DNA of 64,000 nt from Felis catus (Eukaryota): the NCBI RefSeq assembly GCF_018350175.1, contig NC_058368.1:54872001-54936000 (forward strand), read 5' to 3'. How positions within the stretch are numbered: the stretch's first letter is position 1; each line of letters opens with the position of its first letter. Position numbers and translations under genes: made by a program. The notes beneath the pieces are model-generated. The model was not told where the DNA came from, did not search any database, and saw nothing but the letters and a program-made list of their open reading frames with translations. This document shows positions 52,355-64,000 of this stretch, piece after piece.

Positions 52355-52546
52355 GGGGTGCCTGGGTGGCTCAGTCAATTAAGCATCCAACTTGGGCTCA
52401 AGTCATGATCTCATGGTTCGTGAGTTCGAGCCCTACATCAGGCTCTGTGCAGACAGCTCAGAGCCTGGAGCCTGCTTTGGATTCTGTGCCTCCCTCTCTC
52501 TCTGCCCTCCCCCACTTGCTCTCTTTCTCCCTGAAAATAAACATTA
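52355..52546 (+). mobile_element. Can-SINE
   Basis: TSD aagaaatc(c/t)agtata. Confidence 0.95.
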
Positions 52547-52846
52547 AGAAATCTAGTATACAGTTATGTAACATAATCTCATTTACCTAAAATCATTTAT
52601 ACACATATATGCATATACTCACAAATATACATATTATACACAAGATGTGTGTATTTAGACATACATGTGCTTGATAAATTTAATATATTTATTTTTTAAT
52701 CAATAGAATTAGAATGAGTTTCAAGTATATCAAGTATATACTTTCAGGTGAAGCAAATGAATTTCAGAATAATGTCTAGAGTAAATTCTGTTTTTCAGAA
52801 AGAAATGTTTTGAAAAATAAAATTTGTATGTGTTATATGTTGCAGC

Positions 52847-52960
52847 TGTGTGTGTATATGTATGTATATATATATGTATATATATATAAATATTATATGT
52901 ATATACATATAACTATTATATGTATATACATATATATATGTTATATGTATATACATAAAT
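52847..52960. repeat. Degenerate (TG/TA)n low-complexity repeat
   Basis: Alternating purine-pyrimidine tract. Confidence 0.85.
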
Positions 52961-53160
52961 GTCATCTGTAATATGAAGCAGCCAGTATTAGTATTAGATG
53001 TCAAAGGAAATTCCATAAGTCTTATAACTTACAAACATATATAATACAAAGGCTCTGCCAGCATCAGTTGCTTCCCTTAATTAAATTTCTATTAAGTTCT
53101 AGTCCCCACTACTTTAGAAAAAATAAACTCCTTTGCGCTGAGGTAAACACACAGGATTTT

Positions 53161-53164
53161 TGTG

Positions 53165-53214
<50 letters not shown>

Positions 53215-53229
53215 TATATATATACATGT

Positions 53230-53286
<57 letters not shown>
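53161..53286. repeat. Compound (TA)n/(CA)n microsatellite
   Basis: Seen directly. Confidence 0.95.
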
Positions 53287-53287
<1 letters not shown>

Positions 53288-53716
53288 TTAAAATTTCATG
53301 GAAAATGAGTAATTCTGACAGCCAAAATGGAAAGAAATAGACGATTTTACCAACAGCTAGGCTGGATTTATTTTGATTAGAAAACTGACAACAGAAGGCC
53401 TATTTAAACAGATGAAGGTTGAGCAGCTGAGTCAGGTTTCTTTAAGAGTTAATAATGCAGCAGCAACAACAAAATATAGATGAATCTCAGGAATGAAGCA
53501 TCAAGGCAGCCATTACCATTTGCTCCAGTTTCAGAGAAAAAACGATATAATACAAATTTCTGCAAGGAAGCCAGTTCTGGTACCACATCCATGAATATGT
53601 TTGATCCAATGAAAAGTCACAAAAGAACTAGCACTGTATAAAGTTAGATATGACACAGAATGGAGTTGTTGTTAAAAATTATGACCTATATTTATATGTC
53701 TACATACATGTATTCG

Positions 53717-53717
<1 letters not shown>

Positions 53718-53767
<50 letters not shown>

Positions 53768-53773
53768 ATATAT
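53718..53773. repeat. (CA)n microsatellite
   Basis: About 23 CA units. Confidence 0.95.
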
Positions 53774-55530
53774 ACTGAGAGATGGATTATGTTTTAAAGG
53801 AAATCTCTTGTATTGTTATAATTGTTATGGTCATTTTAGGTCAGCCATTACATTCATAGAGATGTCTGTGTGTGTCTGTATGTTTGTATACGTATGTGAT
53901 TCCAGTTATCTTTTATTTTAAGGTAATTTCAAAAACAACCACTGAATAACACTTCTACAGTAGTATTATTTTACATAACCTGGTGTTGTATAAAGTTGAA
54001 ATAAAAATCTTCCTAACTTCAGTTTCTATCTCAATTACCTAGTAATGCATCAGAAACCTTAACTTCACAAATTTTATTTTATTTAGAAATTCAAAAATAT
54101 AAAATGATATTAAGAATAAAAATCTGAAGAATTTAAGAAAATGCAATCCTTTTCCATATCTATAGGAAAGAGAAAAGAAAAAAAAAAACACTACAAACTG
54201 GTCACAACCGAAAATCCAAGTGAGAGAAGCACTCTTATGGCTTTGTTGTTGCTTAAAATTATGTTAACTGCTATTAAGGTGCCAGTATTTTATATATGAA
54301 ATGAAGATTAAAATATCTAGATAAGGCACTTCATGCACAGGAGTTATAAAATAGAGCTCATCTCAATATTTTTATGCTAATTTGAGTTCAGATAGAGTTC
54401 AAAAGAAAGTGATTTATGATCATGAAAGGATATTTGCCTCAGAAAGATTTTAAATAAGTTTTCCAGCCCAGGGAACTGCTGTTTATTAGATTAATGGTGA
54501 GTTTTGTGGCACTGAGTAAGCAAGCAGGTGGACGTTTACTTTTCTTGTTGACATTTAAAAAAAATGATAGTTCCTTGTGAAACTATTGAAAAATGACTGT
54601 TGAAACCAAGATATAAAACCATTTATATTCTTTTGTGGACTTTCTCTTATTATAGTCACTGGTTCTTTTTTTTAATCTGCCTTTCTGCATCTCAAAATAC
54701 TATCAGCATTCATGATTTATTAATAATTCCCCAGTTATTATAAAGTTTTAAAATGAATTTAGCCATTAACGCACATATTAATGTATTATACATTAATTAA
54801 TATTTCAAATTTGTCTTGTCTTTCTGATTTGATGTGCAAGTTGCAGTCTATAGATTGGATATAATCTCAAGAACACCTTAGGAATAGAAAATTCATGTAA
54901 GCATTGTTGATTCGCCTCAGAAAAGGAAGGGGGGAGGAGATAAAGTCAAAGGAAAAAAATAAATAATTATCCTTCCTAAGACTTTGGAAGAAATTAGGCA
55001 TCAGCAAGGAAATAGATCTGGAGAGATGGCTAAGCATAAGAAATTATTAATATTATTAATAGTTTAAATAAATTAATAAAGATAAGGATGCTTTCTAGGC
55101 AACATCCATCCCTAAGGCACAAGAAGGCATTGTTCCATACTGAAATCATGCACAAATACATCTTAATAAAAAATGATATGTTGAATTTGATGAAGTACAC
55201 TCCTTTTACTATATATTTTTATATATTATGGAGAAGACCTAAGGAAATTTGTGTTTCCATCACAAAGAGTTGAATACATTTCAGTATGAAATGTATAAAG
55301 CCGCCAAGTTTTTCCAATAAATATTCTACCATTTTCCCCTATATTCCTGTCAGAATATCACAGTGTTTTTCCATGATAACCAGCTCCTTTAACTGGACGT
55401 TTTTACATTTGATTCTACCCCAATATCTCCGGCGATTTGGGTTTCCTTTTATCTCAAATATATTCTAAGTTAAAACAAGGTAAGTCATGTAAAATAAGGC
55501 CACTGGGGAAGTTGTTTTCAGGGATCTTAC

Positions 55531-55636
55531 TTGCAATCCAGGTTATAGAGCTGAGTGGGTTCTCTCACATCCTCCAATAGCATTTCTCACACTTTTGGTT
55601 CAAATTCAAATCTACTAACCAGTCTTCAGTGAATGA
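55531..55636 (-). other. Candidate non-coding or UTR exon (106 nt)
   Basis: Minus strand acceptor tcctaaatctttaccttcctctcttccctccctag and donor CAA|gtaaga; no open read-through frame. Confidence 0.3.
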
Positions 55637-56244
55637 CTAGGGAGGGAAGAGAGGAAGGTAAAGATTTAGGAAATAAGGAAATCAATTACTTGACATTTTT
55701 GTTATAAATTTGAAACCCATATAGAACTCCAAATAAAATTTTTTGTATAGGAATATATAAATACTTTCACTTCATATTTGAACAGTTTAGAACAGACACA
55801 ACACAGCAATAAATTCTGCTGGTAAAGGTATTACAATATGCCTTCTCCCATTCTAGCTGCAAAACTCCAAGGCTAATTTTATAGGGTTAAAAAATGTAAG
55901 TATAGTATTTTACAGTTTATCCCTTTTTCTTTGCATCTTAAAATGAATTCTTACAAAATCACATTTTAACTTTTTTAACTCCAATTTTATTTAAAATCAC
56001 CATTCTTATTTCTAATATAATAGACAAATATTAATAGATGTAGTTCAAGAGTTCAGAATCCAGGAACAAAAAAACTAAATATAAAGAATTAAAGGAAACT
56101 ATTTAAAGAAAGTATCTAGAAAACCAGAAAAATTAAAATCCCTACTTTATTCTTTCTTTTAAAAAAACAACCAAATGGATCAAAGCATTAACAGAAGTAA
56201 CCAAACAATTACAAGAAAAAATATGGCTAAAAAAAAATAATCCT

Positions 56245-56455
56245 GTTTTTTTTTAATTTTATTCAGTTTGGAGAAACAAAGAGACAGAGCACAAGCAGGG
56301 GAGGAACAGAGAGAGACAGAGACACAGAATCTGAAGAAGGCTCCAGGCTACGAGCTGTCAGCACAGAGCCAGATGCAGGGCTTGAACCCATGAACCATGA
56401 GATCATGACCTGAGCCAAAGTCAGACATTTAACCGACTGACCACCCTAGCACCCC
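56245..56455 (-). mobile_element. Can-SINE
   Basis: gacacagaatctgaag...gactgaccaccctagcacccc. Confidence 0.94.
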
Positions 56456-56482
56456 AGTAGAGCCTTTCTAACCTAGTCATAA

Positions 56483-56693
56483 GGAGTTCCTGGGTGGCTC
56501 AGCTGATTAAGTGTCTGACTCTTGATTTCAGCTCAGGTCATGATCTGCGGGTTCCTGGGATGGAGCCCCGTGTGGGACTTTGCACTGATAGTGCGGAGTC
56601 TGCTTGGGATTCTCTCTCTTCCTGTCTGCCCCTCCCCCACTCTTTCTCTCTTTCTCTCTCTCCCTCTCAAAATAAACACTTCAAAAATAAGAA
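56483..56693 (+). mobile_element. Can-SINE (older subfamily)
   Basis: cctgggtggctcagctgattaagtg head; TSD-like tagtcataa. Confidence 0.93.
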
Positions 56694-57044
56694 ACATAGA
56701 GTAGTCATAAAAACAAAGCCATAAACCATTAAAAATTCATATACAAAGTAAAAATGCAAGAGACAAATAAATGTATTCAAAACACATGTGACTAGTGAAA
56801 AGCCATTTCCTTCATATACAAAGAAGTTTTACAAGCCACCAAGCAAAGAGCAATGTAAGAGAATGATGGATAATTGGCTATGGGCTTAAAGGCAAATCAT
56901 GGAAAAAGCCCCAATTTATTCACAAAAAATGAATAAAAATTCTTTTTTATGATATATCTTTACCTAAATCCAATTACAGAAGATATATCCAGTTTTATAT
57001 ATTCATAAGTTAATTCTTTTTTCATATCGTACTATGTCTTTACT

Positions 57045-57590
57045 ACTAATTCATTTATACATTCAACAATATCCGTGGGGCTCCCAAGAGCACCAGATGC
57101 TGTTCTGGCAATTAGAACACTGCAGTAAACAAAACACAGTTCCTGCTCTCAGAGCTTACATTCTAATAGGAAAGATAAAAACAAAATCAACAGACTAAAA
57201 TAAATAAATATCAGAGAATTATGAGTGCTTCACAGCATTTACACTGATAAAACAGGAACATTAAATAAACTGGAAATCATAGCAGGAAGCTTGTTTTGGA
57301 TAGACCAAATGGAGAGGACATCTTCAAGTGGTGAACTTATGGCTGAGAGACGTGAATAATGTGAAAAGCTAGATCATAAAGTATCAGAGAGAAGAACACC
57401 ACAGATTTAGGAAACCACAAGTAGAAAGTCTCTAAACTATATGTTTGTTGGTAAGTTGAAAGGGCAATGAAGACGATGTGATTGAAAGAAGAGTAAAAAA
57501 AAAAAATAGGGTAGGAAATGGTAAGTGATAGGTAGCTAGAGGCAAATCCTTTTAGGGCTTCCGGGATTATTTTTTAGTTTGTGAACAAAT
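57045..57590 (-). mobile_element. L2 3' region
   Basis: cattcaacaatat...ctgttctggc...cagtaaacaaaacacagttcctgctctcagagcttacattcta is the L2 3' end in antisense. Confidence 0.8.
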
Positions 57591-57594
57591 GATG

Positions 57595-57596
<2 letters not shown>

Positions 57597-57676
<80 letters not shown>

Positions 57677-57700
57677 GAGAGAGAAGAGAGACAGAGACAG
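57597..57700. repeat. Compound (TG)n(AG)n microsatellite
   Basis: Seen directly. Confidence 0.95.
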
Positions 57701-58949
57701 AATATGAGAGGGCAGCAGGCAGGAAGAGAGACTTGTACTTGAATGATTTTTTAAAATATGTATCCAGTTTACCTACTTCCAAAAACTCTTCTGAGAATAA
57801 TTCAAAACTTCATATATTTAACTGATATTGCTGGATATCTTCAGGTCTGATTCATGTAGAAGGACAAAAAATTGAACACAAAGAATTTGCATATTTTATG
57901 TTTTATCTGTTCTCAATTTGATAATTTTGCTTTTGAAACTGTACTTTCATCACTGGTTTCATTGTAATACTGAATTAGAATCATAATCCATTACTGTTAA
58001 CAGCATGGCTATTTTATTATTACTCCAAAAATAGGGCGATGAATATATGTAATTGATAATAAAAAATACAAACAGAATCAATGCACATCTGGGACAATGA
58101 CCTTTGAGTTTCACAAGGGCTTATACTTTGAGGTATAATTACTCTTGTACTTGCAAAGTTGTATGAAATCTTTCATCCTAGAGAGTCCTGATATAATATA
58201 GAAATTAACCTTCTGAGAATGCATTAAGTCCATTACAGAACAATATTTTTCTCATGATGTCACATTAGTCTCACTTTCTTAATCAACCTATGGCACTAAA
58301 GTGCTTTTATATCATCCAATGTGAATTACTATTGAAAGTAAGTTTTTTTTTTCTTTCAAAGTAGACAATAAATTTGACATATATAATACATAAAATAACT
58401 ATTTCCCTTTTAATATTATGGGAATTATATATTAATATATAACATATATATTACATTATTATACATTACATTACAATATTACATTATATATTATATATAA
58501 TTAATATTAACATAATATATAATGAATATATCTGATTAAGATATATCAGATTAAGTTAGCTTAAATTGTCTCCAAACACATCCAGAACTTAAACACTGAC
58601 AGTTTTTTGCAATAATTTGGCCTAATAAGTATGAAAGCAAACTGCAAAACTATGGGTCCTGAAATCAGGGGCAAATATTATCACTTCTCACTTTTTTTCT
58701 CTCAAAGTAAACTGATTTTATCATTTCTTGACAGATGAGGAACCAAGTATTTATCTCCTCTAATCCTCTATTGCCCCTTTCAAGAATTTAAAATTGCTGG
58801 TTACCTAGTGTGCTGTTATGTAGTGAATAAGTACAAACACTACATCCTAGCTGTTTCTTGCTGTTGCTTCCTACTACTGCTGGTAAGGAGTGGTCTCACG
58901 AGGTCCATTGACACATGCTAGGATGTGCTTCCCTGACTACAATGCACAC

Positions 58950-59820
58950 TATCAGGGGTCTTGGTCTTTACAAGAAGCTGAGGGGCCGTACTCAATACTC
59001 AGCATGGCAATGAGAGCTCTGCTTGAATTCCAAGAATAGCTTTATTCCTCTTCTACTGTGCATATCATTCAAGAAGGCATTAGCAAACTCAGAACTGACC
59101 AACCTGGCCTTATGTACCACTCAGCCTGACCAAACTTTAGAGATTTCTTCTCTTTTTTTAAAGATATGTTTATTTTATTTTTCCAACTTTTTATTTAAAT
59201 TCCAGTTGGCTAACAAGCAGCATAATATTGGTTTCGGGTGTAGAATTCAGCGATTCATCACTTACATACAACACCCAGTGTTCATCACAAGTGCTGTCCT
59301 TATTACCTGTCACCTATTTAACGCACCGCCCCCCCCACCCCGCTCCATCCATCTCCCCTCCAGTAACCATCAGACAGATTTCTTCTTGATTCCAGGTGCT
59401 TAACCTGTCTTTTCCGACAGCATTTACTTTAGAAAACTTACAATTGTATTTCACTGTCCCTTTGAAATGCAAGTTTTCTCCCAGCCTCTTGCTAGTTTTT
59501 CAACCCAGAGCTGTCTTTCTCAAGCACAAAGGAGCCATCCCTTTGAAATGTGATAATTATCAAGAAAGGTAGTGCCCCTCTCAGTCTCTGTGGAAGGTGG
59601 AAGCCTAACTTCAAAAACAATAGTTAGCAAACACAGACAGCTTCATCTTACCTACTAACCTTCAGGCTAATTTTCCATTGGTCCACCCTGGTGCTTAAAA
59701 AATTTTCCTGCCTTTTGTTTCAATAGCATTTGAAATCAGTCAATCTCATTCTACTGCAATAGTCTTGAATAAACTTGTTGTTGCCTGTTTAACTGCATCC
59801 AATACAATTTCTCTTCGATA
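58950..59820 (+). mobile_element. ERV1 solo LTR (MER31/MER34-like), interrupted by an L1 3' fragment
   Basis: ccctttgaaatg twice, ggaagcctaacttc, tgcaatagtcttgaataaa...gcctgtttaact...caatttctcttcgata resemble MER31/34-type LTR ends. Confidence 0.75.
59152..59372 (-). mobile_element. 5'-truncated carnivore L1 3' end
   Basis: tttatttaaattccagttgg...gattcatcacttacatacaacacccagtgttcatcacaagtgc; TSD agatttcttct. Confidence 0.9.
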
Positions 59821-60419
59821 GTACACAAATTATTCTAATAAGCTTTTCATTCTCCTTTTCTCCTCCTGGTATCAATTCAAATAGTTTTTCTCTTTGACTT
59901 CTAGTATACACAATGCCTCTAAGCTTCTTTCCAGGAATATGAAACCTCTGTTCCCACTATGCCTATACACACCCCTTTCAAGCAGGGCTTCCATGATTAT
60001 ATCCAGAGAGTCAGGAAATCTAGAGACCTCCTACACCAGTAGTTAGAGCGATTTGTAGTGATTTAATGTGGTATCTCTGCCCTGGAACAACCAATTTTAA
60101 AATACAGCCATTCCAGAAAGCTAACACAAAATAACAAAAAAAAAAAAGCTTCATATACTCAGTGACTTAAAATAGTATGCATGTGGTCATTCCTTTAATA
60201 AAACTGCAAAAGTATGATTCTTAGGAGTTAAGTATATTACTATATGATTAATTGCTCAGGATACAGTTTCTGAAAAGTTAATTTTGGAAAAATTCATGAA
60301 ACATTTGAAGATTCTTTAAATGTTTTTCCAGAAAAAAATATTAAAATATTCCTTTAGCTGAAAAAGAAAGTGTCTGTCATCTCATAACCTCAGGAGCATT
60401 AAGCATTGTCACATAAAAA

Positions 60420-61077
60420 TATCTGGACTTCTTTTTCTGGATCTGGATCTATAAATAATGAAGTAGATATCTGCAAAAACCTCCTGCAACAAAACAGCTA
60501 GAAAAATTGACTAAACTATGTAGCTGAACTTATGAAAATATTGTCAGAAGTTAAACTGAAGAGAAGCTGAAAATCAGAATGTCAAGAGGGTAATGCCCGC
60601 CTTAACCTGTCCTGAGAGAATCTGTCTTCAGAACCAAGGAGGTTTTATTTTACTGGACCAGCAGGATGGGAAACAAGAACTTCCACAGGTCTCCATGTGG
60701 AGAATTGAGACCCAGACACTCCTCCCACCCCCATTTCACAAATCAAACTAGAACATAAAGAGCTATAACTCCAGGACTGAGTGGACCTGAAACAAGTCGC
60801 CCCACTGACAGAGAAAGAAGTAAGGATATTACTCTGACTTGGCTCAAGCTCTAGATGTGTAAGATTCTACATGAGCAATTTATAAGCACAGACCCATTTT
60901 CAAAGGAACTTGAGTTTTGGGATTCCTGGGTGGCTCAGTGGGTTAAGCATCAGGCTTCGGCTCAGGTCACAACCTCACAGTTAGTGAGTTCGAGTCCTGA
61001 ATTGGGCTCTGTGAACAGTGCCGAGCCTGAAGCCTGCTTTGGATTCTGTGTCTCCCTCTCTCTCTGCCCCTCCCCAG

Positions 61078-61136
<59 letters not shown>

Positions 61137-62050
61137 AAAAATAAATAAACATTAAAAAAAGATTCTTCAAAAGAACTTCAGTTTTAACTTCCTGAGTGGC
61201 TCAGGAAAACACAAGCCATGGAAATTAATATTATTTTCTGTTTAATAAAAAACAAGAAACAAAAATTACTTGGAGGAAATCACCCTATATCCAAGGCAAA
61301 TTGCATTTCCCATATATAACACAATACTGATCGTGACCTCACCAAATTTTGTATTTTATAAAGATAAGTAAACCTGAGTGAGAATCAGCAGAAAGAATAA
61401 TGTATTGTTTTAGGACCCATGAAACCTAGATAAGATGTGCTAATATATAACTATACATAATCAAATAATATTTTAAGGGTGAACATTAAAAAGGAATAAG
61501 ACTCCATTAAAAATGCTAGGATGATTTATATAAAAACAATTTCTGAAAATAATAAATATATATAAAGATTGGAATAAAAATTTAAAAGTATAGGTAAAAA
61601 TGGGGATTTAAATTCTACTAAAGAAAATACTAGCTAACTGGAAGATATATAAATTAATTTTAAAAATAGCACATGGAGAAAAAATAATGAAAGTATCAAA
61701 GGAGATGCCTGAGGATAAAATTTGTAAATCCAATATATATCTGAAAGAGTTATTAGCAGAAGATAGCAAATGCTGGAATAAAAGGTAACGTGTAAGATTG
61801 TTTAAAAGATAGCTAAAATTATTTTCCCTTTGATTCAGGAAACAAAACTAATAGCGAGTAGAAATAGGAAAAAAAAGTGGAAAGAAGAAGGGAAGGAAGG
61901 AAAAAAGAACTGGAAAACAAAAAAAAAATACAATTAACGTTAAATCATGACAGGTTAATAGTTCACACCAGAAAAATACGGAGAACAGAAGACAATAAAA
62001 TAATATTCTCCATTTTTTGAAGGAAGTAACTAACAACCTACACGGGGCAC
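60420..62050 (+). mobile_element. Decayed old L1M (5' UTR and ORF1), interrupted by a SINE
   Basis: A-rich sense strand with ctggaagat, aatccaatatatatctga, tgattcaggaa as ORF1-like remnants. Confidence 0.5.
60919..61167 (+). mobile_element. Can-SINE with long (CT)n
   Basis: TSD gaactt(g/c)agtttt. Confidence 0.95.
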
Positions 62051-62120
62051 TATGATAATTTAGCCAGATCTCACGTTAATAATAAATGTCTTAAGTTCCC
62101 CCCTCCCCGCCTGCCCCACC

Positions 62121-63290
62121 AAGGAACCTCCATACTGTTTTCCACAGTAGTTACACTGTGGAAATATACATTCCAACCAATAGTGCACAAGGGGTCCATT
62201 TTCTCCACATCCTTACCAACACATATTATTTCTTGCCTTTTGATTCTAGCCATTCTGACTGGTATAGAGTGACATCTGATTGTAGTTTTGATTTGTATTT
62301 CCCTGATGATTAGTGAAATTGAACATCTTTTCATGTGTCTGTTGGCCATCTGCATGTATTCTTTGGAAAAATGTCTATTCAGGTCCTCTGCCCATTTTTT
62401 TAATCAGCTTATATGTGAAAAACAGTAGAGAAGTTTCTCAAAAAATTGAAGATAGAAATACCATATGATCCAGTAATTCCCCTAGTAGGCATTTAACTAA
62501 AGAAAATGAAAACACTAACTCAAAAAGATATATGTGCTTCTATGTTTATTACAGCATTGTTTATAAAATCCAAGAAACGGGAAACAACCCAGTGTCCATC
62601 TTTAGATGACTGGATAAAGAAGATGTGGTATATTTTCTTACATCATCATAGATGGACCCAGAAGGTATTATGCTAAGTGAAATAACTCAGACAGAGGAAG
62701 ATAAATATCATATGATTTCACTTATACATAAAATCTAAAAAACAAAACAAACAAAACAAATAGAGTCTTAAATACAGAGAACAAACTTGTGGTTGCCAGA
62801 AGGGAGACAGGTAGGAGGAGGATGGGTAAAATAGAAAAAGAGGATTAAGGGATACAATCTTCCACTTATAAGTAAGTCATGGAGATAAAAATATAGTATT
62901 GGAAATACAGTCAATAATATTTTAATAACTTTTTGTGGTGACAGATAGTGACTACATTTATCATGGTGGGCACTGAGTAATGCATAGAACTGTTGAATAA
63001 TTATGTTGTACACCTAAAACTAAAACATTTTAAATTAATTATACTTCACTAATATTTTTTAACATTTATTCATTTTTGAGAGACAGAGAGAGAGACAGAG
63101 TATGAGCAGGGAAGGGGCAGAGAGAGAGGGAGACACAGAATCCAAAGCAGGCTCCAGGCTCTGAGCTGTCAGCACAGAGCCCAACGCAGGGCTCAAACTT
63201 ATGAACTGAGAGATCATGACCCCAGCCGAAGTCGGACGCTCAACCGACTGAGCCACCCAGGCGCCCTGATACTTCAATAATAATTTTTAA
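62121..63290. mobile_element. L1 with 5' inversion: 62121-62410 minus, 62414-63290 plus
   Basis: Minus ORF 62071..62355 ([23 protein letters not shown]) is the L1 ORF2 C-terminus; the plus segment continues from the same L1 position into an L1MA9/L1_Carn-like 3' UTR. Confidence 0.85.
63054..63267 (-). mobile_element. Can-SINE inserted in the L1 3' end
   Basis: TSD atacttca(c/a)taat. Confidence 0.95.
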
Positions 63291-63947
63291 AAAACAATGA
63301 ATAATTTTTTACACAACCTACTGTAAGTGCTGCCAGCAAACAGCTTGCAGCTATCAGCCTTCCTCAGGAATCACCCTCTACTGAGGAGAGCTGCTTCAAC
63401 CGAAACCACCGTCAAAGGGACATCCAAAGACTGATGCTTAAGAACAGCTCAGCTTCCTTGCCTCAATTCCAAAGGGCCATCCTAGCTTCAGAGCTCCAAG
63501 GGTTTGATGGAGAAATTTTTTTAAAACTGTAGCTGACCCTAACATATTACTTTCTCTTCCTCTTTGTTTCCTAACAGTCTCTTGCACTAAAATCTTGGTC
63601 TCAATATAGTATACTCCAGGGAACTCAATTAGTCATATAGCCACAAAGAAAATAAGCAAATGAATGACATTTCACAATTAAAGGTAAAAAGTTATAGACC
63701 AATAAACAAATAATAATAAACACACAAAACTTTCCACTGGCAAATGGTAAATTCTCAGCAAACAAGTGTCTAAAAAATTCTTTAGAAACAAGGAAAATAA
63801 ACTGAAGATCAAAGTTTCAAGAAATAAATTTGAACAAACAGGTAATCAAAAGGATAATTGTCATCAACTGCTGGCATAAACAAGGATAAAAATAATGAGC
63901 AATGTTGGTGAATAACAAAACAAGTGAAATTAAAATACTGGACAATA

Positions 63948-64000
63948 GGGGCGCCTGGGTGGCGCAGTCGGTTAAGCGTCCGACTTCAGCCAGGTCACGA
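63948..64000 (+). mobile_element. Young SINEC_Fc, cut by window end
   Basis: ggggcgcctgggtggcgcagtcggttaagcgtccgacttcagccaggtcacga. Confidence 0.95.

Noticed and set aside
53398..53440. TATTTAAA plus overlapping E-box and AP-1-like motifs (cagctgagtca)
   Set aside because: Short motifs without a CpG island or transcript evidence cannot support a promoter or enhancer call.
54467..54496. Possible 30-nt in-frame microexon (about PRELLFIRLM) before a gtgagt donor
   Set aside because: Weak pyrimidine tract, unrecognised peptide and no partner exons.
58380..58555. AT-only low-complexity tract with a 15-bp tandem duplication
   Set aside because: Ordinary slippage-derived low-complexity DNA.
59152..59372. 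Idea that this L1 3' end is the piece missing from the L1 at 29138-31960 (large inversion)
   Set aside because: It has its own TSD inside an LTR and overlaps the other copy in L1 coordinates, so it is an independent insertion.
1..64000. CRISPR arrays, operons, tRNA/rRNA genes, CpG-island promoter
   Set aside because: None seen. The DNA is mammalian, the tRNA-like boxes belong to SINE heads, and CpG-rich patches coincide with young SINEs.

Overview
AT-rich, CpG-poor mammalian genomic DNA from a felid (cat-like). The 37 tRNA-derived Can-SINEs include CpG-intact copies matching the young feline SINEC_Fc type. I found no protein-coding exon I can support: the listed ORFs are read-throughs of SINEs, L1 ORF2 remnants, microsatellites or chance, so the window looks like a large intron or intergenic DNA. 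It is dense in L1, L2, MIR, MaLR/ERV LTR and microsatellite sequence. Structure not explained by standard repeat annotation: (1) a 100% identical 95-bp inverted duplication (20494-20588 / 21752-21846) with template-switch-like junctions; (2) an older ungapped 123-bp inverted duplication (11051-11173 / 12102-12224, 14 mismatches); (3) an apparent L1-mediated retrocopy of an ERV mRNA 3' end (env tail, PPT, U3, R, polyA, no U5, degenerate TSD; 28384-29060); (4) a 26-nt U6 snRNA 5' fragment between perfect 19-bp TSDs; (5) a zero-spacer tail-to-tail inverted SINE pair, a twin-primed L1 and several short fold-back footprints. I see no evidence for a new multi-gene system. The recurring theme is local template switching and L1-driven capture of non-L1 RNAs. 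Repeat family names come from recognition by eye, not from a database search, and old-repeat boundaries are approximate.
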